Of a DNA stretch of 31,994 nucleotides, positions 9,362-18,510 are shown in pieces. Every line of letters begins with the position of its first letter. Positions within the stretch are counted from its first letter, which is position 1. The notes under the pieces were generated by a model. That model ran no database searches. It was given only the letters and a program-made list of their open reading frames with translations, and was not told the origin of the DNA. The position numbers and the translations under genes are program-made. The stretch comes from an uncultured Dehalococcoidales bacterium (GTDB taxonomy: Bacteria > Chloroflexota > Dehalococcoidia > Dehalococcoidales > UBA2162). The stretch lies in assembly GCA_964403625.1 (NCBI GenBank), contig CAYOHA010000001.1:1-31994 (forward strand), read 5' to 3'.

Positions 9362-10282
9362 ATGCTGGTGGGAAAACTAGCAGGTAAAGTAGCGGTGATA
9401 ACCGGGGGCGGCGGTGGTATCGGCGGAGCCGTAGCGATGGAAATGGCTGCCGAAGGGGCCAGAGTTGTTGTTAACGATTTCGGAAAAGATGAGAAAGGCA
9501 ACAACTATGCCGATATTATGGTGGATGCGATCAAGAAATCCGGGGGTGCAGCTGTAGCTAACTATGACGATATCTCCACCATGGCTGGTGGTGCCAACCT
9601 CATCCAAACGGCCATCGAAAACTTTGGTCGTGTTGATATCCTGTTAAATACGGCGGGATTTTCCCGGCGTGGGCCGATGGTGGATATGCCTGAAGAGGAC
9701 TGGGATTCAGTTATAGCGGTCCATCTGAAAGGGCATTTCAGTTGTAGCCAGGCGGCTGCCAGAGAGATGATCAAGCAAAATAGTGGTGGTCGTATCATCA
9801 ATGTCTCCTCGGTAGCGGGCTTTGGGTTCATGGACGTACCCTTTTTCGGAATATCCTATGCCACTGCCAAGGCTGGAGTGGTGGGTTTCACCGGGAAGCT
9901 ATGTGGAGAACTCAGTAAATATGGTATAACGGTCAACGCCATATTCCCCAATGCCAGGACCAAGGGCTTTCCTGAAGAGAGACCTGGAGCCGATACACCG
10001 GACCACATGGCACCATTAATCGTTTATCTGGCTACGGACGAAGCCAAGGATATCACCGGTCAGCTCTTCCATATTGGCCCCGGTGAAGTGGGCCTCTTCC
10101 CGCGGCCAATCCAGCAGCAATCCATTCTTATACGTAAGATGGGTAAATGGACCGTGGATGAACTTAGCAAGGCTGTTCCACAGATGATGCCGCGACAGGG
10201 ACCGCCACCCGGAGGAACAGGTGGGCCTGGCGGACATGGTGGACCGGGCGGACCAGCAGGGTCAGAGAGACCACCGCGGTAA
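9362..10282 (+). CDS. Short-chain dehydrogenase/reductase with a Gly/Pro-rich C-terminal tail
   Basis: TGGGGGIG, VVND, NTAG, NVSS, YATAK. Confidence 0.93.
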   Translation: MLVGKLAGKVAVITGGGGGIGGAVAMEMAAEGARVVVNDFGKDEKGNNYADIMVDAIKKSGGAAVANYDDISTMAGGANLIQTAIENFGRVDILLNTAGFSRRGPMVDMPEEDWDSVIAVHLKGHFSCSQAAAREMIKQNSGGRIINVSSVAGFGFMDVPFFGISYATAKAGVVGFTGKLCGELSKYGITVNAIFPNARTKGFPEERPGADTPDHMAPLIVYLATDEAKDITGQLFHIGPGEVGLFPRPIQQQSILIRKMGKWTVDELSKAVPQMMPRQGPPPGGTGGPGGHGGPGGPAGSERPPR

Positions 10283-10406
10283 ACGTCTTGGTTTTACCGG
10301 GAAGGTTAGAGTATTTTAAGATAACTTAAATTTAATTAAAGGGGGTGCTAAATAAGAAATAAGGATATAGCGTCAGGATAGTATCTTTATTAAGGAGGTT
10401 AAACTT

Positions 10407-12029
10407 GTGAAAAAGGGATTATACAGAAAACTGGTTTATCTCGGGGTGGCCTTGTGTGTTATTGCTTCCATGATATCCATCACCGGCTGCGGTGAACCTA
10501 CCAAAACCACCACACCGACAGCTACCCAGCCAACCATTACCCAAACGGCCAGTCCTACTGCTACACCCGGGCCGCAGTACGGCGGAACCCTGAAAATTCT
10601 GGCTGGCACCGGACAGACTAATATCGGGAATCCAGCAATTGGGTCGCCACCGTTCAACCCCTTCATTCCATCGCCTGGGCTAGAGAGCTTGATGAACCGG
10701 GCTGATGATGGCAGCCCCGTGCCATTCTTGCTTGAAGGCTGGGATCTTGACAGAGACGCCATGACCCTTACCATGCACTTAAAGGAAGGGATCCGGTTCC
10801 ACGACGGCACCCCATTTAACGCCGAGGCGGTCATCTGGTGTGCCCAGGCCCTCATAGATTCAAAGCAGGGGGAGCTGCCGAATGTAGCCTCAATGGAAGC
10901 CCTCGACGAATACACCGTCGTGGTACACATGTCAACCTGGGACATCCTGATGGTAAACTACTTCGTGCTCAAGGCGGGGAACATGTACTCCCCCACGGCC
11001 GTCCAGACGAACGGCGCGGAATGGGCCATGAGTAATCCGGTGGCAACCGGCCCCTTCAAATTCGTGAGTTACGAAACAGATGTCAGCCTCAAATACACGA
11101 GGAACGACGACTACTGGCAGGAAGGAAAACCCTACCTCGACGGCATAGAATGGATATATGTAGCCGACACGATGACGCGGGTAGCTTCTTTCGAGGCGGG
11201 CGAGGCACAAATAGTCACCGGCCTGACTGCCGTGCAGGCTGACGAACTGAAGAAGACCGGTGACTACGTTGTAACGAAAGCTCCTACGCAAATCTTCTCA
11301 CTCTACATGGACAGCGTCAATCCAGATTCTCCCTGGTACAAATTGGAGGTACGGCAGGCCGCAGCCCATGCCATTAACAACCAGGCAATATGTGACGCCT
11401 TTGGCTACGGCTTCTACGAGCCCGCCAACCAGATCGGTTATCCTGGGTACCCCGCGTATAACCCAGATGTCGTTGGCTACGACTACGACCCCGACCTGGC
11501 CAGGCAAATGCTGGCAGACGCCGGCTACTCCGAAGGCTTCGATACCACGATTTGGTTTACAAGTGGCGGCGATAACAGCGTATTCGAGGCGATACAGGGG
11601 TATTGGGAAAAAGTGGGTATACGTACCACATTGGAAATTGTGGATTTCCCCAGGCTTCTTGAGATCTCCACCAAGGGCTGGTTTAACGGCATACAGACCT
11701 TCCTGGCACCTTTCGTGCCGCTCGGCTACCCGCCAGCCAAGAATATAACATTCACCTTCTCACCAACGTCGATTTTCTCGGTTTCCGTTATGCGCCCGGA
11801 CGAAGTCGAGGAGTTGAGAATTCAAGCCCTGGGTGCCGATACCGAGGAAGAGTCGAACGAAATCTGCAAAGAAATCAACCGGCTGCTCGTCGATAAATAC
11901 TGTGTCTTAATCCCGATTTTTGTTTCGCCCAGCATCGCTGCCAAGGTTCCATGGGTGCATGATGACAGAATCTTCGACACGTGGCAGGAACAGTGGTTCC
12001 CGGCAGATGCCTGGTTGGAGCACGAGTAA
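10407..12029 (+). CDS. ABC family-5 substrate-binding lipoprotein
   Basis: Lipobox ITG-C, Thr/Pro linker, QYGGTL, FHDGTPFNAEAV, GPFKF, YWQEGKPYLD, VRQA..AIN. SD AAGGAGG before the GTG start. Confidence 0.93.
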   Translation: MKKGLYRKLVYLGVALCVIASMISITGCGEPTKTTTPTATQPTITQTASPTATPGPQYGGTLKILAGTGQTNIGNPAIGSPPFNPFIPSPGLESLMNRADDGSPVPFLLEGWDLDRDAMTLTMHLKEGIRFHDGTPFNAEAVIWCAQALIDSKQGELPNVASMEALDEYTVVVHMSTWDILMVNYFVLKAGNMYSPTAVQTNGAEWAMSNPVATGPFKFVSYETDVSLKYTRNDDYWQEGKPYLDGIEWIYVADTMTRVASFEAGEAQIVTGLTAVQADELKKTGDYVVTKAPTQIFSLYMDSVNPDSPWYKLEVRQAAAHAINNQAICDAFGYGFYEPANQIGYPGYPAYNPDVVGYDYDPDLARQMLADAGYSEGFDTTIWFTSGGDNSVFEAIQGYWEKVGIRTTLEIVDFPRLLEISTKGWFNGIQTFLAPFVPLGYPPAKNITFTFSPTSIFSVSVMRPDEVEELRIQALGADTEEESNEICKEINRLLVDKYCVLIPIFVSPSIAAKVPWVHDDRIFDTWQEQWFPADAWLEHE

Positions 12030-12077
12030 ACTTAGAATATAGTAAGTAAGTAAAGTAATTAGGTAATCAAGTCACTT

Positions 12078-12130
12078 GAGGGGGCTTGCTTCCACTTCTC
12101 TGAAAAGAGAGGATGGGGGTGAGCCCTCTC
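12078..12130. terminator. Long imperfect GC-rich hairpin (GAAA loop), terminator or REP-like element
   Basis: gagggggct...ctct-gaaa-agag...gagccctctc, downstream of the binding-protein gene. Confidence 0.4.
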
Positions 12131-12242
12131 GTCTAATATTTAGTCGGCAAAAGGCTATAAGGCTCAGGCAGGGTTGGGAGATTTCTTGTCGTGAGTCTTG
12201 ATTTATTGTAAACTATATTCAGGTCACCTTTAATTTTTTATA

Positions 12243-12887
12243 ATGAATGTAAGAAAGGCTGGTCTTTCCGTGTACTCAAGAAAAGTAAAAAATACCGATA
12301 CGGCTGAAAATAGAATGACCGAAATAATAGATGCGGCCTTGAAATTATTCGCCCAGGAAGGTTATCATTCAACCACTCTGGATGCGGTAGCTTCCGAAAT
12401 CGGCGTCACTAAAGCGGCCCTTTATTATTATTTTCGCAATAAAGAGGAAATAATAAGGGCTATTCTGAATCGAAGTATAGACCGCATGAAACAAGTCCTG
12501 GGATTGAGAAAATCCTCTTTATCCGCTAGAGAAAAATTACGTCAATTGATCGTATACCATGTTATATTCGGGACTGATAATGCTGACCTGGCAAAAATCA
12601 CTTTTGAGCAGCTAAGTATACTTCCTAAAAGATCACGTGAGGTCCATAAGCGTAAACAGAGAGAGGTTGTGGCACTTTTACAGGATCTTTTACGCCAGGG
12701 TATTGATGATGGGACTATAGCTGTTGATAATACCAAAATGACTGCCATTGCCATCCTTGGTATGTGCAACTGGACATACCACTGGTATAAGTCGCAAGGG
12801 AAGTTGAGACCAAGGCAAATAGCAGATATATATGTTAACCTTCTGGAAAATGGATATCTAAATAAACCACCTTCTCCGAAAGAGTAA
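12243..12887 (+). CDS. TetR/AcrR-family regulator (KstR2/PaaR-like C-terminal domain); start may be slightly downstream
   Basis: IIDAALKLFAQEGYHSTTLDAVASEIGVTKAALYYYF..KEE helix-turn-helix, and 'AILGMCNWTYHWY'. Confidence 0.92.
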   Translation: MNVRKAGLSVYSRKVKNTDTAENRMTEIIDAALKLFAQEGYHSTTLDAVASEIGVTKAALYYYFRNKEEIIRAILNRSIDRMKQVLGLRKSSLSAREKLRQLIVYHVIFGTDNADLAKITFEQLSILPKRSREVHKRKQREVVALLQDLLRQGIDDGTIAVDNTKMTAIAILGMCNWTYHWYKSQGKLRPRQIADIYVNLLENGYLNKPPSPKE

Positions 12888-12978
12888 AACTAAAATTTGG
12901 AAAGTATCTGGGGGCTACGGGGCCAAACTAAAACCCTCAAAGGTCGTGCGTCCGTGGCAATGGCCTCCTGCCAAAACA

Positions 12979-13392
12979 TCAAACGGTCACCGGTTTAAAC
13001 CTGGGTAATGTAACCTCCGCAGTTACATCGTCAAAGACCGCTTCCACGCGCATCCCTATATATAAGTCATTATTATCACAACCAATAACACTGGAAATGA
13101 GTATAGGTCCTTCGTCCAGTTTGATCCAGCAAACATTATAAGGTACTTCATCTTTCCAGGATGGATGGTAGACCTGGTGTATGATCGTGAAGGTGTATAT
13201 CTCCCCCTGGCCGGTGACTTCGACCCACTCCATCACGGGATGTTCACATTTCATACAGTCGATAGCGGGCCAGTAGTAAGCTCCACAGTTGAGGCACTTA
13301 TATGCCTTGAGTTTATGTTGCTTTGTACCATCCCAGAAAGGCCTGGTGGTTAAAGTTATCGGCGGTAACGCTTTTGCATACTCCGTAGCCAT
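12979..13392 (-). CDS. DUF35 Zn-ribbon/OB-fold protein
   Basis: PFWDG..., CLNCG...CMKC, G.IYTFTIIHQ..HP....VPY, L.IGMRVEAVF. Confidence 0.92.
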   Translation of the reverse strand: MATEYAKALPPITLTTRPFWDGTKQHKLKAYKCLNCGAYYWPAIDCMKCEHPVMEWVEVTGQGEIYTFTIIHQVYHPSWKDEVPYNVCWIKLDEGPILISSVIGCDNNDLYIGMRVEAVFDDVTAEVTLPRFKPVTV

Positions 13393-13394
13393 TT

Positions 13395-14540
13395 CTACCT
13401 CCGTAAAATGAAGCAGGCGGCCGCCAGGCCAAAATCTACAGCACTCAAACCGCCGGTTACCAGGCAGATTTCAGCGTCTTTCACCTGACATTCACCAGCT
13501 TCGCCTCGCAACTGCCGTATCGCTTCTATAAAATGAGTCCAAACATGCAGGTAGCCCCAGGACAGCTCCGTGCCCGAAGTGTTACAGGGTATGGCGCCAC
13601 CCAGCCGGATATTCCCCGCTTCGATGAATGCTCCCTCTTCTCCCCTATGACAAAATCCGTAGCCCGATAGCTGGTCGATGATATTGATGGTAAAGGCATC
13701 GTAGAACTGTGCGACATCTATATCCTTGAGCTCTATGCCTGCCATTTTGAGAGCTTTTTCTCCCGATTTCTTAGCCATTTCACCATCAAACTGGTATACG
13801 GCTTCTATCGATTGTGCCGCCTTACCCATAGAGAAGTCCTGGGAATACCCCATAATATACACCGGGGGACGTCTTAAGCTCCGGGCTTTTTCGGCGGTAG
13901 TGATTATCAGAGCGGCGGCGCCATCGTTAACCAGACAGCAATCCCGGGCCCGCAACGGTTCTGCGATGTACCTGGAATTCAGATAATCTTCCATGGTGAG
14001 TTTCTTATCGTACATTACCGCCTCGGGACGTTTATTGGCGTAATCCCGCAGTGTGGTAGCCACTGCTCCTAGATGCTGCTCGGTAATACCGTATAGATGC
14101 ATGTATCTCTTGGCCCAGCCAGCGGCAATGGCGGCGGCGCCAAATAGGCCGTAGGCTCCTTCTAAGCTCTGTCCACCCATAGGTCCTCCAGCCATTGGCC
14201 TCGATGTGCTGGTGGCATAGACGAGCATTACCGTGTCACATACGCCAGTCTCCAGTGCTCCGATGGCTGAAAGGAAAACGCCGATGCCATGAGTGCCGGA
14301 ACCCTCCAGTTGCCAGATTAATTTGGCGTTTATGCCGATATCCCGCACCACCTCCGTAAGGCGCCCGGTGCCGGGTGCCTGCTGACAGATGAAGCCGGTG
14401 ATATCTGACTTTTTCAATCCGGCGTCTTCGATAGCCAGTAGTGCTGCCTGGACGGCAAGTTCGTGCCCGGTTAGTTCTGGCAGTCTCCCCATTTTAGTGA
14501 AGCCTGACCCTGCAAACGCGTACTTATCCTTGATACTCAT
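13395..14540 (-). CDS. Thiolase-fold protein of Ltp2/aldolase type (lacks thiolase Cys and GHP)
   Basis: LEGSGTHG replaces the Cys motif. FYDAF and SWGYLH resemble Ltp2 YDHF and EAYIH. Coupled to a DUF35 gene. Confidence 0.8.
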   Translation of the reverse strand: MSIKDKYAFAGSGFTKMGRLPELTGHELAVQAALLAIEDAGLKKSDITGFICQQAPGTGRLTEVVRDIGINAKLIWQLEGSGTHGIGVFLSAIGALETGVCDTVMLVYATSTSRPMAGGPMGGQSLEGAYGLFGAAAIAAGWAKRYMHLYGITEQHLGAVATTLRDYANKRPEAVMYDKKLTMEDYLNSRYIAEPLRARDCCLVNDGAAALIITTAEKARSLRRPPVYIMGYSQDFSMGKAAQSIEAVYQFDGEMAKKSGEKALKMAGIELKDIDVAQFYDAFTINIIDQLSGYGFCHRGEEGAFIEAGNIRLGGAIPCNTSGTELSWGYLHVWTHFIEAIRQLRGEAGECQVKDAEICLVTGGLSAVDFGLAAACFILRR

Positions 14541-14713
14541 GGAGACCCTCCTGTAAGAGTACGCTGCCCTTTTTCAATGCCGGTTCATATCCCAACGCTA
14601 CCTAGAGGACCCGTTAGGATATTAACCGGTACTTGATCACTTTTAAGAAGTTCGTATTTAGTTACGACGCATATGAACCATATAACGTCTATAAATGGTT
14701 ATATAATTCCCGA

Positions 14714-15202
14714 TTAAATCCCGTCTTTGGCGCGAACGTATAACTTTTTGCCGTCTTCCAGGGTCTTCAAATACTCACCGGTAAAGCAAACGTTCTGGAA
14801 TATGATGGGCTTATCGACTCTATGATACGTTAGCGGGCAATGCATCATACCCTTGGGAATGTAGATAATGGTAGGTTTGGTGATGACCTGCTTTTCGCCT
14901 TCCTCACCGAGGTAAAACCAGACTTCTGCCTGGAAGTCACTGAGGTCGCTCGGGTCTCCGCCATAAAAGTGGGCGCACTGGTCATAATCATGGGAATGCG
15001 GCACCTGCTCCATCATGAAAGGTTGGGTAATATAGGTCAACCTCATCCAGTAGTTAATGCCACCAAAGTGAGTCGAACCGTCAAAGGCCAGCCTTTTCGG
15101 CCCTTTCTTGTTGGTCATTTTACCAGTTTTTGGGTCCCTCATCGGAAATCCATCGATTACAAAGTCATCCGCGAGGTATTTCGCATACTTTAGTTTTGCC
15201 AT
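14714..15202 (-). CDS. His-rich cupin-like protein of unknown function
   Basis: PHSHDYD..FYGGDP..F.AE..LGEE.E..IT.P..YIP.G..HCPL. SD AAAGGAGG. Paralog at 18511. Confidence 0.75.
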   Translation of the reverse strand: MAKLKYAKYLADDFVIDGFPMRDPKTGKMTNKKGPKRLAFDGSTHFGGINYWMRLTYITQPFMMEQVPHSHDYDQCAHFYGGDPSDLSDFQAEVWFYLGEEGEKQVITKPTIIYIPKGMMHCPLTYHRVDKPIIFQNVCFTGEYLKTLEDGKKLYVRAKDGI

Positions 15203-15410
15203 GGTACCCTCCTTTGTCCACTTTAATAAAGGTTACTATGCTTCACTGCGAAAAATCAATGAAGCTTTTTAGCTCCTCGGTTTTCAGTATACCAAATTTG
15301 ATACCACTTAGCCGACTCTACCGCTGGATGATATGCTTCCAAACAGCATCACGTTCGGTAGATCCGGCTTGAGCGACATCACAAAGAAACTACATAGCGG
15401 TCCCCGTGAG

Positions 15411-16838
15411 TTAAGATAAAGTTATTGCTTTAATCTGAGTGTATTCTTCCTGGCCTAAGACGCCATTGGTTTTCCCGAAGCCGCTCTCTTTATAGCCACC
15501 CCACACCAATCCCATCGAGTGTTGATTTACGGTAACGGTGCCGGCCTGTAACTCATTGGCAAACATCCGGCCTTTAGCCAGGTCTCTCGTCCATACGGAA
15601 GCTGCCAGGCCATAGGTATTATCATTGGCCAGTTGTAAAACCTCTTCCTCTTTGGAGTACTTCATAATGCAGGCGACTGGGCCGAAGATTTCTTCCCTGG
15701 CAAGTCTCATATCCTGGGTAACATCGGTGAAAACGGTGGGCACTACATAAAAGCCTTTATCCAGCGGGGGTTTCGTAGGCCTTTTTCCGCCCAGTACCAG
15801 CTTGGCACCTTCCTCGACGCCTATCTTGTAATAGCTTTCTATTTTATCGCGGTGTCCGGCGCTTACCACCGGCCCCATTTGAGTGGCTTTATCACGCGGT
15901 ACGCCAACAACATGCTTTTTCGAGCCTTCGACAAACTTCTCAATGAACTCATCATAGAGTTTTTCATGAATATAGAACCTGCCCGGTGCGCCGCATATCA
16001 TACCGGTGTTCATGTAACAGCTCATTATGCCACCACCCACAGCCCGATCCAAATCAGCATCTTCGAGAACAATAAACGGATTCTTGCCTCCGAGTTCCAT
16101 CGTAAGACGTTTTACCGTCTTACTGGCGGCAGCCATTATCGCTTTACCCGTCTCGCAACTTCCGGTGAAAGATACCATGCCAACACCGGGGTGGGAAGCT
16201 AGTGCTTCACCGACGGAGCCTCCCGGCCCGGTTACGAGGTTCACCGCACCCGGGGGCAGGTCAGTTACTGTGGCTATTATCTCAATGACTTTTTGTGCGG
16301 TGAGTGTACATATGCTGGGTGGTTTCACCACGCAGGTATTTCCAGAAGCAAGTGAAGAGGCTATCTTACTGCCAATCATAATAGGAACGTTCCATGGCTC
16401 AATGGCGGCACATACCCCAATGGGTTCACGCTGATAATACCTAATTTCACGGTTGTTCTGGGATATCTCACACTCCCCGAATACGGTAGTAGCAAGGTCG
16501 CCGGCACGATCGAAAGCCATGGGCGCCATACGACCCATCCCATTAGCCATTGAAACGGGCGTACCGTGGTTGAGAATATCAATATCGATAATCTCTTGAA
16601 CACGTTCCATCAGTGCAGCCGAAATTTTCTTCAATATTCTGGTGCGTTCCATCTGTGGGAGTTTTGACCAGATCGGGAAAGCTTTCTGGGCAGCTTTCAC
16701 AGCTTTATCAACATCCCTTTCATCTCCCAACGCGACTTGCCCAATTACTTCTGCGTTATCCGGATTGTAGTTTGGATAAGTTTTACCTGATTCCGCATCT
16801 ACCCACTCTCCGCCGATCCACATTTGATACTTTTGCAT
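15411..16838 (-). CDS. NAD(P)-dependent aldehyde dehydrogenase
   Basis: PWN, FTGS, MELGGKNP (Glu), GMICGAP (Cys), EEIFGP, YGLAA. Confidence 0.95.
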   Translation of the reverse strand: MQKYQMWIGGEWVDAESGKTYPNYNPDNAEVIGQVALGDERDVDKAVKAAQKAFPIWSKLPQMERTRILKKISAALMERVQEIIDIDILNHGTPVSMANGMGRMAPMAFDRAGDLATTVFGECEISQNNREIRYYQREPIGVCAAIEPWNVPIMIGSKIASSLASGNTCVVKPPSICTLTAQKVIEIIATVTDLPPGAVNLVTGPGGSVGEALASHPGVGMVSFTGSCETGKAIMAAASKTVKRLTMELGGKNPFIVLEDADLDRAVGGGIMSCYMNTGMICGAPGRFYIHEKLYDEFIEKFVEGSKKHVVGVPRDKATQMGPVVSAGHRDKIESYYKIGVEEGAKLVLGGKRPTKPPLDKGFYVVPTVFTDVTQDMRLAREEIFGPVACIMKYSKEEEVLQLANDNTYGLAASVWTRDLAKGRMFANELQAGTVTVNQHSMGLVWGGYKESGFGKTNGVLGQEEYTQIKAITLS

Positions 16839-16994
16839 TAAACTATATGTCCTCCTAGTTTTTATTGTTTGACATTCGACTATTTATGATGTTAAACCGG
16901 CTCCTCTTACGTAAAAATGGCGTGCCAGCATTGCTAAACTGATGTTTAGTTTTTTATTTCCTTGAATATTTAAGGCAGCGTTGCGCTACACATC

Positions 16995-17024
16995 AATTGA
17001 CCTGATGATCTCATCAGATCAATT
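16995..17024. other. Near-perfect 30 bp palindrome between the SDR and ALDH genes (hairpin or operator)
   Basis: aattga-c-ctgatga-tc-tcatcag-a-tcaatt, 13 of 14 pairs. Confidence 0.5.
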
Positions 17025-17064
17025 TGTTCAATAATGACAATCAGTGCCTTTAGGCATTGCCTTT

Positions 17065-17841
17065 TTAGGGGCTCGTTTGGCCGCTGTCAATACTAATGGT
17101 CTGAGCGGTGATATTACTCGATACGTCTGAAACCAGAAACAGCACTGCATTGGCAATATCCTCAACTTTGGTAATCTTTCTCCCGGGAGGTCCCGGCATT
17201 TGCCCTGTCTCACGCACCTGGGGCGGCAACTGGGGTGCACGTTCTTTGCTGTAGAAATTAGTCAAGGTTAAGCCCGGGGCGATACCATTGACATTAATTC
17301 CCGAAGCGGCTCCTTCTGCGGCGATAGCGCGGGTGAAACCAACAACTCCAGACTTGGCTGCGGAATATCCAGAACCGCCGGGCATACCGGTCCGGGCAAC
17401 ATTGGACGAAATATTTACAATCTTGCCGGATTTCTGGGCAATCATACCGGGTAAAACGGCCTTGGTACAATATATGGTTCCCATAAGGTTTAGATTTATC
17501 TCTTGTTCGATGTCTGCCAGGTTGGCTTCAGCCAGGGGTCCAGAGAAGGTTGTCCCGCCGGCAGCATTAACCAGGATATCGATTCTACCGAATTCCTTTA
17601 TCCCGGCCTCCACCATTGCCTTAACTTCGGCGTTCTTCAAAACGTTGGCTTTTTTCACAAAAGCCTTTTTTCCTAAGGCCCTGATTTCTTTTCCAGTCTT
17701 TTCTGCGCCGTCCAGGTCGATATCCGTAACGATGATATCACACCCTTCTTTAGCCAGAAACAGGGCAATCGCCTTGCCCATACCTATCTGGCTGCCAGCA
17801 CCGGTTACCAGAGCTACTTTGCCCTGAAGTCCTAATTCCAT
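17065..17841 (-). CDS. Short-chain dehydrogenase/reductase
   Basis: TGAGSQIGMG, NAAG, NISS, YSAAK, NGIAPG. SD AAAGGAGG. Confidence 0.93.
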   Translation of the reverse strand: MELGLQGKVALVTGAGSQIGMGKAIALFLAKEGCDIIVTDIDLDGAEKTGKEIRALGKKAFVKKANVLKNAEVKAMVEAGIKEFGRIDILVNAAGGTTFSGPLAEANLADIEQEINLNLMGTIYCTKAVLPGMIAQKSGKIVNISSNVARTGMPGGSGYSAAKSGVVGFTRAIAAEGAASGINVNGIAPGLTLTNFYSKERAPQLPPQVRETGQMPGPPGRKITKVEDIANAVLFLVSDVSSNITAQTISIDSGQTSP

Positions 17842-18149
17842 TGTCTCCTCCTTTAGATTATTCTCGAGATTATTCCGGTCTGTCTTTTGTACTATGTAAT
17901 CATGCCGATTGCATAGTTATTAATCCCATTGAAATTAGAATCCTTTTTCGCACATGTCCCTTGTCGGTATGACGTCCGACTGATCACTTTATTTCTTGGC
18001 TTTTAACGCGACTAGGGGGTTTATTACCTTCTTCATAATAGAAGCCGACCATCTTGGTCGGTGGACAGCCAATAACCGCACATTAGATAAGTTGGTTAAA
18101 ATGTCGTGACAATGATCACAAGACAGGGACATTAAAGTTATATCCACTT

Positions 18150-18208
18150 TCTGGTCAGTAAATAGGTTATTGGTAAGATAGATTAGCATATCAGGGGATG
18201 ATTGTCAA
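18150..18208 (-). promoter_or_regulatory. Sigma70 promoter cassette for the second SDR (copy 2 of duplicated cassette)
   Basis: Minus strand TTGACA-17-TAATCT with extended -10 TG. 49/59 identical to 9194-9252. Confidence 0.75.
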
Positions 18209-18332
18209 CTTCATCGTTGACTCAAAATTAACTGTCGAAAAGAGTATCATTGCGTTAAAATTAGTATTGTCGGAGGAAGTAAAATCCACCTGGCGACCGG
18301 GTATGAACGTACGGCTAGAGAAGAATTACTGT

Positions 18333-18361
18333 TTGACTAAACGTGGCGGAGGATATATAAT
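18333..18361 (+). promoter_or_regulatory. Sigma70 promoter for cupin 18511
   Basis: TTGACT-17-TATAAT. Confidence 0.65.
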
Positions 18362-18510
18362 CGAGTACACTCTCCCGAGCCCCTCGAGCCAACGGTGCCC
18401 GGCTCCTGAAATTATTATGAGCGTGGAACTAAATACTGAACGGTATCGCTGCCCGGGGGAAGGCCGGTAGATAAGCATAAATAAAAACAGCTAAAGGAGG
18501 TTATCAGAGT

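Noticed and set aside
14650-14663. AACTAAATAC shared (inverted) with 18427-18436
   Set aside because: A 10 bp AT-rich match is plausible by chance, and the positions relative to promoters are inconsistent.
18198-18470. 90 aa plus-strand ORF
   Set aside because: It overlaps two divergent promoters, has no SD and no recognisable motif. Probably spurious.
18380-18480. Possible cobalamin riboswitch (ACGGTGCCC ... GGGAAGG)
   Set aside because: Lacks the AGGGAA, AATCC and ACTGT core elements and is too short.
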